In this document: positions 1 to 8,115 of the stretch, one piece after another | How the letters are laid out: each line of letters opens with the position of its first letter | How positions within the stretch are numbered: position 1 is the first letter of the stretch | From: a virus | Taxonomy: Duplodnaviria; Caudoviricetes | Length of the DNA: 57,865 bases | Strand: one strand, 5' to 3' | Virus record (IMG/VR): IMGVR_UViG_3300044878_000063 | Coordinates: 1-57,865 of that record | Notes under the pieces: model-generated | Databases searched by the model: none | Told to the model about the DNA's origin: nothing | What the model saw: only the letters and a program-made list of their open reading frames with translations | Translations under genes and position numbers: made by a program

Positions 1-182
1 TCTGGAAGTACTGAGACCATAGGGTCTCTTTATCAAGAATGAGGAAGCCCTCTTCTGGACCAACCCCTAATTCCTGAAGTACGAAGAAAACGGTGTTGAT
101 ATGCACGATGATTTCCGTGTCATAGTCGGTTACGTCGGGTTCTATACCGCACAAACGCTTTGTTGTTTCGAGAATACTGAGA
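1..182. repeat. Terminal overlap, copy 1 (= 57684-57865); circular/concatemer assembly overlap
   Basis: Identical to the last 182 nt except G128 vs A57811. Confidence 0.97.
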
Positions 183-341
183 TCATCCACCAGTAGCACC
201 TCCTCCAGCAACCAACGTGAATACCCATGCGCCAATATGACATAGCGCAATGACCCACATGAGTAAGACGAAGAGAACGAAACTGGTGATCCCGAGCAAC
301 GCAGCAAATATGATGCTATGGAGCAATCGGGATGAAATCAT
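183..341 (-). CDS. Small membrane protein (52 aa), possible holin-like lysis accessory
   Basis: Hand-translated MISSRLLHSIIFAALLGITSFVLFVLLMWVIALCHIGAWVFTLV...; ATGA overlap with endolysin stop; not in ORF track. Confidence 0.65.
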   Translation of the reverse strand: MISSRLLHSIIFAALLGITSFVLFVLLMWVIALCHIGAWVFTLVAGGGATGG

Positions 342-1459
342 GCGTACCGTCGGTTGATTTCGGCCTGTACGGCATTGAAGTGAACTCCGAGAGCTGCACG
401 ACGTGCATCTCCATTGCCATATTTGCCTGCGAGAGTTTCCTCAACAAGCTGACCGATATTTACGCCACCATTGAGACGACGGTTGACCTCAGCCTGAACG
501 GCAGCGTAGTTCGCACCGAGCTTGGCGATACGCTGTTCACCGGAACCGTAGGCTCCAGCAATAACCTGATCGGCAAGCCATGCGATGTTGGGTCCCTGAG
601 GAGCAACACCACCGCCACCGGTACGAGCATTGATGACAGCCTGAACCGCGTCGTACTGCGCACCCAGTGAAGCGCGTCGAGCATCACCATTTCCGTGTTT
701 GCCCTGGAGGACTTCATCAGCAAGCTGATCGAGAGTCTTGGCCTGAGCCGGAGCTACGCCAATTCCATGACGACGGTTGACCTCAGCCTGAACCGCGTCG
801 TACCTCCCGCCAAGGGAAGCGCGTCGTGCCTCTCCGGAGCCGTGGAGACCAGCGATGACTTCATCGGCGAGCTGCCAATCTGTCTTCGCCTCGACGGGAG
901 GAGTTGCAGGGGTGGGTGCGACTACGGGAACTTCGACAGTGCCGTTTCCGCTGAGAATTCCGTTTGCGAAATCTCGCGTGCGAGGCATGAGCATCCAAAG
1001 ATTTCCGCCAGGGCAAGCAGTGGAGGACCACTGACGATGACCCTGGTAGCTACCTTCCGAAACTGCGCCCCAGCCGTAACGAGCTGCGATATCGGCGAGA
1101 AGTTCCACGACTGCCGAGTATGCCGCTTCGGAAATAGCCCAGGAATGCGGATCGTTGTCATTGCCGTTGATCTGACCCGATTCATTCTCCACCTCAAAGG
1201 TGATTGCAGGACCATCAGCTGCGATGGAGCCCGAGGTCCATGCACGGTACTCTTCCGGAACCTGACCCCAGATGGTGCCATCGTTCAGAATGTTGTAGTG
1301 AACCGAGGCCGGAGCATTCGGGTCAGTGAGACGCCGGGTACCCGCGCCATTCATCCCAGCATGATGGTGCTGAATTACTCGGACGACAGAATTGCCGTGA
1401 CGAGAGGAGAATTTGTTGTGATGGGGGATGGTTCCCGAGATGAGACTGGAAAATGTCAT
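338..1459 (-). CDS. Endolysin: N-acetylmuramoyl-L-alanine amidase (Amidase_2) with four Cpl-7/CW_7 cell-wall-binding repeats
   Basis: IQHHHAG, ASVHY, FEVEN, GHRQW..TACPG zinc-amidase motifs; four LADEV.AG..G.G..RR..LG..Y.AVQ..VN repeats. Confidence 0.92.
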   Translation of the reverse strand: MTFSSLISGTIPHHNKFSSRHGNSVVRVIQHHHAGMNGAGTRRLTDPNAPASVHYNILNDGTIWGQVPEEYRAWTSGSIAADGPAITFEVENESGQINGNDNDPHSWAISEAAYSAVVELLADIAARYGWGAVSEGSYQGHRQWSSTACPGGNLWMLMPRTRDFANGILSGNGTVEVPVVAPTPATPPVEAKTDWQLADEVIAGLHGSGEARRASLGGRYDAVQAEVNRRHGIGVAPAQAKTLDQLADEVLQGKHGNGDARRASLGAQYDAVQAVINARTGGGGVAPQGPNIAWLADQVIAGAYGSGEQRIAKLGANYAAVQAEVNRRLNGGVNIGQLVEETLAGKYGNGDARRAALGVHFNAVQAEINRRYA

Positions 1460-1890
1460 GCTACGTTCCTTAGCGATAGGTTACCCCACAACTGCGTATC
1501 ACCTTGACGTCGTTCAACGATCGGAAGTCGAAGAATTGAAGCGTCGCCATAGTGGATTGCATTGTGAGTATTGTGGGTTACGGAAATCAGGAATTCTGGA
1601 TTGAGAATATCCGGATTCCGACGGAGGACATCTTCAGGAGTGATTGGATTCATGTGATGAATAAGGATGCGATCATAAATTTCGAATCCAGGTACGCCAA
1701 GGTCGTTGCCGAAGTCCCGACTGATGACTTCATCACGAGCCCACTGCCATTCCTTGGATTTGTAGAATCGCTGATTGAGATGACGCTCATATCCGAACGT
1801 CGATTCACCTACTACGCCCTTGATGCTGAGGTAATCAAACCTCTGTACGAAGGTATCTAGCTGCTTAAGCTCAGAATACGATCTCGTCAT
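1456..1890 (-). CDS. HNH endonuclease, terminase-associated type
   Basis: FYKSKEW..ARDEVISRD, IHHMNPI, HNTHNAIH; start reassigned to ATG 1890 (MTRSY). Confidence 0.8.
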   Translation of the reverse strand: MTRSYSELKQLDTFVQRFDYLSIKGVVGESTFGYERHLNQRFYKSKEWQWARDEVISRDFGNDLGVPGFEIYDRILIHHMNPITPEDVLRRNPDILNPEFLISVTHNTHNAIHYGDASILRLPIVERRQGDTQLWGNLSLRNVA

Positions 1891-2278
1891 TAGCTTCACC
1901 CGTATCATGTCCGGCATAGCCGCGCATTGCGTCCATGGCTTCCTTGTAGAGTACCTTGAGTTCCTCAACGTTAGCAAGATCTTTAACCCTAGCCTCAACG
2001 AGGATAGTTTCCTGCTTAACCTTCTGGAGTTCGATCTTCTCACGAGTTGAACCAACCTTGAGAAAATGGACCATTACCTGTGACGATGCCGTGCCGTCGA
2101 GAAATTGCTGTTCAGCCAGATCGTAAGCTAGAGCAGCAAGTTGCGCTTCTCTTTGCTCTGGAGTTCGCGCTCTCGGCAAGCGTTTCACTGGCTGATCGTC
2201 CGGTTCAATCTCGCCATCATAAACTTCACGAGGTTTTACCAGCGCCGTAGACTTTTTAGGTCGGCCAGGGCCCGCCAT
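1871..2278 (-). CDS. Putative terminase small subunit
   Basis: N-terminal GRPKK, helical 135 aa, near cos and next to HNH; AGGAGG RBS. Confidence 0.6.
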   Translation of the reverse strand: MAGPGRPKKSTALVKPREVYDGEIEPDDQPVKRLPRARTPEQREAQLAALAYDLAEQQFLDGTASSQVMVHFLKVGSTREKIELQKVKQETILVEARVKDLANVEELKVLYKEAMDAMRGYAGHDTGEANDEIVF

Positions 2279-2398
2279 AGGTAATCACCTCCTTGTTATC
2301 AATTGTAGTTAGAGTGTCGTAAGTTGCCAGAGTGGCTAAAATACGCAAAAGTTAAAAGTCCATGTACATTCTGCTTGTCTAAAACGCAAAACTAGGAA

Positions 2399-2955
2399 GT
2401 CCATGTAGAGACTTCATGAAAGAGCACTAGGTCTCGAACGTTTAAGTACGTTACCAACCACAGTCACAACCTCAAACGCCTCTTGAAAGGAGTGTAGGGC
2501 GATGAACCCCTACTTTGTTTGTGAGATCTAGTACTCTATCGTGAAGTCTCTACGCGGATTGATAGGACTTTGGTATGACTTTGCTTCCAGATAGGACACC
2601 GGTTATACGCGTCGGCAATGGACGATCGGGTCGTCTGCGTATGGTCTTACCCCGGTGATAGCCGGTGACCTGTCTGGAGGCAAAAGAAGAAAATGCATGT
2701 ACAGATAGAAGGGCGTTTAGCTCTCAACCGCGCCAACGGTTCTCGAACTAGCCTTCGTGATAAACCCGGAAACCACTCCAACCAGGAGAATCTAAACGCC
2801 CATCTAAACATACATGCTTTCTCGTCCCGCCTGAAAGAGCTCTAGGTCTGGGAGATACCTCAACCAGGCCATTAAGCAATCATTGGGTCGTGGCCCCTAG
2901 CCCTATGCTCAACGTTACCTAGAGCTCTATCGGGCGGGACGAGAAAGTATGTGTG
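2399..2955 (+). ncRNA. Candidate structured RNA: four tandem long stems with branched tips
   Basis: Stems 2399-2436/2522-2559, 2580-2606/2658-2684, 2695-2720/2792-2817, 2809-2847/2917-2955; no ORF of 60 aa or more; G-U pairs favour +. Confidence 0.55.
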
Positions 2956-2958
2956 CGA

Positions 2959-3192
2959 CTAGGAGGCTGGTGCCTTGTCCTTGTCCTTGTCACCGGCAGC
3001 GGGTGCTACAGGTGTTGCTGACCGAGAGCGGGACGACGTTTTCTTGTCGGCCTTCTCGTTGTCGGCGTGCTTGGCCAGGCGAGCATCGATGACGCGCTCG
3101 AGCTTGTCCTGGTTTGGGATGAGCCACTCGGAAACCGGAGTGGTCTCGGGCGCCTTTACGGCTTCTTCGGTTGCTTCGGGAGTTTCTGCCAT
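2959..3192 (-). CDS. Hypothetical protein, first gene after cos (77 aa)
   Basis: AAAGGAAGG RBS; low-complexity charged protein with one helix (NQDKLERVIDARLAKH). Confidence 0.75.
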   Translation of the reverse strand: MAETPEATEEAVKAPETTPVSEWLIPNQDKLERVIDARLAKHADNEKADKKTSSRSRSATPVAPAAGDKDKDKAPAS

Positions 3193-3265
3193 GGTGGTAA
3201 ACCTTCCTTTGGAATGTTTAGAGTGAATTGTTCCCCCAGAATTTTCCCCCGGGGCATTTTTTCAG

Positions 3266-3274
3266 AGGTCGGCG
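3266..3274 (-). other. Putative cos site, 9-nt 3' overhang CGCCGACCT
   Basis: Lies in the gap between the last operon and the packaging genes; matches from recall the overhang of related Arthrobacter phages. Confidence 0.7.
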
Positions 3275-3279
3275 ATGCA

Positions 3280-3310
3280 GGGAGGGGGGCCTATTTGCGA
3301 GACCCCTCCC
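3280..3310 (-). terminator. GC-rich hairpin at the right genome end
   Basis: GGGAGGGG...CCCCTCCC inverted repeat downstream of the last gene. Confidence 0.4.
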
Positions 3311-3346
3311 CCCATACCGCTTTACTAAGCAGTCACTATTAAATTG

Positions 3347-3592
3347 TTATGAAGTTGTGAGTTTTTCTGCGGGTGGAGGTACACGAATGTACATTCCAGT
3401 GATGTTTTCATCCAAGATCTCTTGAATTGCAATGTCGATAGCTTGACTTTCATCAAGTTCTGACAACTCATCACTAGTCTTGCAGATCCTAGCCTGGTAA
3501 GACAAGGTGTGGTACCCTGACTGAATGTCCCAGTTGTTCCACTGATCGAACTCAGTGTGAGGATTGTATGGATTGTCAGAGGTAGATAGCAT
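3347..3592 (-). CDS. Hypothetical acidic protein downstream of RNAP
   Basis: MLSTSDNPYNP..FDQW; AGAAAGGA upstream. Confidence 0.75.
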   Translation of the reverse strand: MLSTSDNPYNPHTEFDQWNNWDIQSGYHTLSYQARICKTSDELSELDESQAIDIAIQEILDENITGMYIRVPPPAEKLTTS

Positions 3593-3630
3593 GATGCACC
3601 AACACTATTCCTTTCTACTTTGTTCGTAGC

Positions 3631-6393
3631 CTAGGGCTTAGGCTTAGGTGGATTGAGAGATGTGTCAAGAGTACTCACTGATACCCCAAGAGCAGCAGCA
3701 ATCTCAGACTGTGAATGACCATTGATCAGCATAGACTTAGCCCTAGTCAGCTTAGCTGAGGTCATTACCTGCTTCTCTCTAGGAGTAGCAAGGCCCTTGA
3801 CTACATCAAGATCAGCATTGGCAAGGATCTTCTCCAACATGTTGGTACTAATAGCACCAGCCTGGATAGCTTCCCATTCAACGGGGGTAATCTTGATACG
3901 CTGGGGTTTAGCACCCGTTCTAGCACGGCCTTCTGCCTGAGCAAGACTCTTAATCTTCTTCAGTTCAGCAGCATCCATGTTCGGATTAGCCTGTACCTTG
4001 GCCTGTACTATGCCACCTGCAATCAACTGGGCATGGCGTTCAAGAGGCTTGTTCTTGAGGGCGATGTTCAGCTTTGCATTGAGGGCACTTACCTCATTGG
4101 GGTAGGCCTTCTTTGCTGACTGGGAGTAAGGAATAGGGACGGCATTAACTGCCTCTTTCCTACTGTCATTAGCCAGAGCCTTGAGCCTATTGGCATGGTT
4201 GGCATAGACATTCTCCATGATGGTGTTCTCTTTAGACACCAGTGCATGAGCATCCTCATAGTAATCCATCTTCTTGACCTTAGTGGTCTTAGGGATGGGG
4301 TTACCTACAGGGAGCTTAGTTACTGGGTCATACCGATAATAGCCATTACCCGTTTCAACATAGACCTTCTTACCAGTCTTCTTGTCAATAGGGCCACCAT
4401 CTTTGGCAGAACGGAGTACTCTCTCAGGAACACGTACTTCAGACTTGGCCTGTGAGATGATGGTTGATGCACCACCAGCTTTACCAGAAGGCTTCATCTG
4501 ATACTGCTTCTTTAGGGCAGCAATACCATTGTCCTTGGCAGATTGCTTGTAATCGAGGTGGTGTTTCTCAGCATCAATCACGACCATTGAGTGTTTCACT
4601 GCACGAGCAATCTCACTAAAGGGTGCGCCCTTAATGGTCATGTCTGTAATCAGGTTCGACACATCACCCATCTGCTGACCCTTAGCCTTAGCCGACATTC
4701 TAGGAGCGTCGTCAGGCAGGGAGTACAGTTTCTTGGGGTCGAAGTTCTTAAGCTCCTTCAGTGGAGCCGAGACCTTTACTCGACCAGGCCCTGATTGTGG
4801 ATTCGGGATTACCAGTACCGTGTCACCATCGAAGTCTGCACCAGACAACTGTTCGGCAACCTTGGCATTGATACCAATTGCATCTCGAGCTTGCTTGATA
4901 ATGCTGTTTGCTTCACGGTTCTTGTTATTGACCGTCAGTTCAGGGATCTCAAAAGTTCCACCATGGGGGTGTCGAATGAGAACTACCTTTTCACCATCCC
5001 TATATTTAGGGGCGAATACTTCGGTATCCTTGAGGCTGTTGATCGGCAAGATGACGTGATTAGCAGTACGAGGCAGACCTGCTGCTTTGAGATGTACAGC
5101 TGAAGAGTCGGAACCATCTGCGAACTTCTCCAGAAGGGTCCTTTTCACAACCGGGTTTGTGAGGGCCATGATTTCGTCGTATTCTTGCTTTTTGAGATCG
5201 AAGCTTGCGTCAAGCTGCTTCTTTGCAAGAACAGGGCTCTGCTTAGACATCATCTGTGAAGAGAGTTTACTGGACCACTTGGTCCAGTCGCCTTCCTCGT
5301 TGACAATGTTCAGTGCTGAGGTGACGGTTTCAGAACCATCCTTGTTTTTCTTTGTGATTTGCTTTACGGCAGAACCAAAGGGGTTTGGGTCATCAGGATC
5401 GCCTTTCTGATCCTTCATGGCCTTCAGCTTGTCGCCTTTATCCGATTTATTGGTGTTGAACATCAGGTCTACACCATCAGGAAGGTTATCTGAGTAGATC
5501 GCCATTCCCTTTAGGTAGTGAGTGCCATTTACGCCAATTCGAACTTGAGCATAACGAGCATTCCCCATATCGAGGTCTTTTACGCCACGACGAATCTCAA
5601 TTACACCATCTTTATCGGCTCCGCCATCTTCAGCGTACCGAACGCCTACTCGCTTGAGTGAAACGTTAAGAGGAGGCAACATTCCGAGATTCGTGAAGGT
5701 GCGACCGCCATCAGGAGAATCGCCAAGAAGCGGAACAATCTCTTTCTGCCTTTTTACGACATCAGAGTAGGTCATATCACCTGCGGTCAAGACTTTCAAG
5801 CTGGTGAACTTACCAGGGTTTCCCATTTGCGGGATCTTGACATAGTGAACCTTGTAGCCCTCTTCTTTAAGCACATAAATTGCTGTGCCGAGGCGTTCGT
5901 TACTAACACCGAGATGGTTCGCCGTTCCGGCTCCAAAGTCGACCATTTTCTTTTCGTCGACCTGCTTGCGGACAATATTCGCAGTTGCCTGGATGGCGTC
6001 CTGATTGTCTTTCTCCGCAGCAGCAAGAAGTGCTCGAACAGAAGATTCGTTTCTGCCCATCTGTCGGCCAATGGCCACATTAGACATTCCGGTACCCTGG
6101 AGCTTCAAAGCTTCAGCAATATCGGCACGTTTGATCTGTTCGTTGGAAGTAGAGGTAAGAGCACGAAGCTGCGTCGTGTTCATCTTATACTCTTTACCAT
6201 CAGCATCCACACCACTAAACGCTGCCGCGATTTGGGTGGGGGTCATTCCCTGCTTCTGGAGATCTTCCAAATGCTTCTTGAAGGATCTTGCACGTTGTTC
6301 CGGATTGGCACCGCTGCCCCAAGGGTAACGGCCTGACTTGCGAAGAACGCCTTCATGCCGGAGGAAGCTGGAATTAGTCATGTCTTTGCTCAT
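3631..6393 (-). CDS. Single-subunit two-barrel RNA polymerase (YonO / QDE-1-like) with HTH domains, 920 aa
   Basis: QLSGADFDGD (ADFDGD at 4822-4839), IRHP, AQVRI...KGM, G.VSN, HS..VIDAEK; N- and C-terminal HTH segments; AGAAAGGAG RBS before ATG 6393. Confidence 0.8.
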   Translation of the reverse strand: MSKDMTNSSFLRHEGVLRKSGRYPWGSGANPEQRARSFKKHLEDLQKQGMTPTQIAAAFSGVDADGKEYKMNTTQLRALTSTSNEQIKRADIAEALKLQGTGMSNVAIGRQMGRNESSVRALLAAAEKDNQDAIQATANIVRKQVDEKKMVDFGAGTANHLGVSNERLGTAIYVLKEEGYKVHYVKIPQMGNPGKFTSLKVLTAGDMTYSDVVKRQKEIVPLLGDSPDGGRTFTNLGMLPPLNVSLKRVGVRYAEDGGADKDGVIEIRRGVKDLDMGNARYAQVRIGVNGTHYLKGMAIYSDNLPDGVDLMFNTNKSDKGDKLKAMKDQKGDPDDPNPFGSAVKQITKKNKDGSETVTSALNIVNEEGDWTKWSSKLSSQMMSKQSPVLAKKQLDASFDLKKQEYDEIMALTNPVVKRTLLEKFADGSDSSAVHLKAAGLPRTANHVILPINSLKDTEVFAPKYRDGEKVVLIRHPHGGTFEIPELTVNNKNREANSIIKQARDAIGINAKVAEQLSGADFDGDTVLVIPNPQSGPGRVKVSAPLKELKNFDPKKLYSLPDDAPRMSAKAKGQQMGDVSNLITDMTIKGAPFSEIARAVKHSMVVIDAEKHHLDYKQSAKDNGIAALKKQYQMKPSGKAGGASTIISQAKSEVRVPERVLRSAKDGGPIDKKTGKKVYVETGNGYYRYDPVTKLPVGNPIPKTTKVKKMDYYEDAHALVSKENTIMENVYANHANRLKALANDSRKEAVNAVPIPYSQSAKKAYPNEVSALNAKLNIALKNKPLERHAQLIAGGIVQAKVQANPNMDAAELKKIKSLAQAEGRARTGAKPQRIKITPVEWEAIQAGAISTNMLEKILANADLDVVKGLATPREKQVMTSAKLTRAKSMLINGHSQSEIAAALGVSVSTLDTSLNPPKPKP

Positions 6394-6409
6394 TAGGGTT
6401 ACTCCTTTC

Positions 6410-6997
6410 TTATCCGACGAGGTCTTCGAACATCTCTTCGAGGATGCGATCGCTGGTCTTGATGCGATCAATTACGTAGACTAGGTCTTCAATGCCGGGG
6501 GACCAAGCTTCATAATCATCATTCTGGTAGATTCGAAACTCGACAAAGTCGAGATCGCCTGGTAGAAAGTCATACTCGAGCATGAAGAAGCCTGCATAGA
6601 TCAACAGCTGATCGAATGAGGCTCTAGAGACTCCGGTTTTGAGATCGAAGATGCGAAGCTCATTCCGCATTTGACCATCGACTTCAATTGTTCGAAAGCC
6701 AATAGCATCTGCAGTACCGAAACTTCGAATCGAATAGAACAAGACCTGTTCCGGCGTCATGTTGAAGCCGATTGAGTCATTGACGTATCGATTCAGGGTT
6801 TTCCCATTTCGGGGAAGCTTCTGCCGCATCTTGATACACATAGCCGCGAAGTTGTGGAGCTCAGTTCCTTTGGCAGCCTGCAGCTGCGTCAAGAACCAAT
6901 TCTGAAGCTTCTCTTTCGAGTACCTCAGCCAGTGATACTTACTCGCGGAAAGCGTGGCGTGCTTACCTGCGAGATGTGAATGAGCGTTGAAGATCAT
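6410..6997 (-). CDS. PD-(D/E)XK (Cas4/RecB-like) nuclease
   Basis: HATLSAS, GTELH, GTADAI, IFDLKTG, QLLIYA. Confidence 0.8.
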   Translation of the reverse strand: MIFNAHSHLAGKHATLSASKYHWLRYSKEKLQNWFLTQLQAAKGTELHNFAAMCIKMRQKLPRNGKTLNRYVNDSIGFNMTPEQVLFYSIRSFGTADAIGFRTIEVDGQMRNELRIFDLKTGVSRASFDQLLIYAGFFMLEYDFLPGDLDFVEFRIYQNDDYEAWSPGIEDLVYVIDRIKTSDRILEEMFEDLVG

Positions 6998-7277
6998 TAA
7001 GAACAGCCTCTTTGTTTTCCGGGTAGATGACTGAAGCGTAGGACATCCGATTGAATTGATCGATGTACCACTCTTGATTTGGTCGGAAGGGGGAGTTGGC
7101 GCTCCGCTTCACTTCTAGCACTGCCCAACGATCTCGCCATAGAATCAGGCGATCGGGAATTCCCTGTCGCTGACTCGAGTCGAGTTTGAACATGTAGCTG
7201 CCCGGGAGTATCAACTCCGTGACATCATGATAGAGATCCGCTTCGAAAGCGCTCTCTAGTTTGGTAGCTCTTGGCAT
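6963..7277 (-). CDS. VRR-NUC domain nuclease / resolvase
   Basis: LESAFE, GIPDRLI, LEVKR, RPNQ; start reassigned to ATG 7277. Confidence 0.85.
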   Translation of the reverse strand: MPRATKLESAFEADLYHDVTELILPGSYMFKLDSSQRQGIPDRLILWRDRWAVLEVKRSANSPFRPNQEWYIDQFNRMSYASVIYPENKEAVLNDLQRSFTSRR

Positions 7278-7333
7278 GAGACCAATCCAATCGCAAAAAT
7301 TATAGGCCATGGAATTTCGACATCCTGGCCCTT

Positions 7334-7360
7334 TCATTATAGGGCATGTATAGCTTGCGT
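7334..7360 (-). promoter_or_regulatory. Isolated copy of the 27-bp phage promoter upstream of the nuclease-RNAP operon
   Basis: ACGCAAGCTATACATGCCCTATAATGA on -; same spacing as the array copies. Confidence 0.8.
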
Positions 7361-7387
7361 GTTCAATGTCCGAAAAACCCGGCTTAG

Positions 7388-7709
7388 TGGCCAGTTGGCC
7401 AGAAAACCCATTTGTGGACAAAACTCTTTATATATACCTTTTTTCTCCTCACACAAAAGTTTTAGGAAATAAGTGGCCAAATGGCCAACTTGGACAGGAT
7501 TGATGCCTTGTGGGCGCTAAAAGGGGCTGAATTGAGCCGTTTTCGACCCAAAACAGCCCCTTTTTTCGGACATTGCCCACAGAACTGCTGGCCACTTTTG
7601 AAACCGTTTCTGGCCATATGGCCACCACTTTTGGCCACGAGCCCAAAAACTTGGACAGAAACGCCCACAAGATTTCAAAATAAGTGGGCAGATGGCCACT
7701 TAGTGGCCA
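7388..7709. repeat. TGGCCA-repeat non-coding region, putative replication origin
   Basis: 10 perfect TGGCCA palindromes plus near-matches and an AT-rich tract (~7420-7445). Confidence 0.6.
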
Positions 7710-7716
7710 GCAGTTT

Positions 7717-8115
7717 TTAGTGCCCGAACCTGTACTGCCGGTACTCCTTGTGAGTCATCGGGACTTCTACCCAAGACTCCGTGTACTTGTTGAACCAGCG
7801 GTGGATGGGGAGCTCGTGCTTGTGTACTACACGATAGCAGTTCGAACCACCCTCCATGATCTTACCGGCCTCCTCGAGCTTCTGGAGTTTGGTAGCAATC
7901 ACCTTAGGCGGGATGTTGTCCCAGGCCTTGCAGATGTCGCTGAAGTGCGCCGCGTTCGAGTAGCTTACTCCCAAGTCCACGCCGTTGTAGTTCAGCCTGT
8001 AGAAGAGCCGTGGGACGTTGTACAGGCGATCGATGAGGTCGATGAGTGCCTGCTCGGGAATGTGCTTAGCCTGGATCTTTTGCGTTTTGATCCTAGGAAT
8101 CTCAGGAATCGCCAT
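7717..8115 (-). CDS. Hypothetical protein, possible winged helix
   Basis: GGAGG RBS before MAIPE; PPKVIATKLQKLEEAGKI. Confidence 0.7.
   Translation of the reverse strand: MAIPEIPRIKTQKIQAKHIPEQALIDLIDRLYNVPRLFYRLNYNGVDLGVSYSNAAHFSDICKAWDNIPPKVIATKLQKLEEAGKIMEGGSNCYRVVHKHELPIHRWFNKYTESWVEVPMTHKEYRQYRFGH

Noticed and set aside
1-182. Biological direct terminal repeat
   Set aside because: It falls mid-gene and a cos-like site exists at 3266-3274; best explained as assembly overlap
2399-2955. tRNA cluster or self-splicing intron
   Set aside because: No cloverleaf with T-loop/anticodon arms recognised, no interrupted gene, and no intron core motifs seen
6394-6471. Upstream extensions given by the ORF track (RNAP, HNH, VRR-NUC, capsid, many cassette genes)
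   Set aside because: They overlap upstream genes or promoters; better RBS-linked starts lie downstream
6410-6997. True Cas4 / CRISPR adaptation gene
   Set aside because: No four-Cys Fe-S motif and no cas context; a generic phage PD-(D/E)XK nuclease
7449-7720. Short overlapping ORFs in the TGGCCA region
   Set aside because: Several frames are open only because of the repeats; W/P/G-rich translations and no convincing RBS
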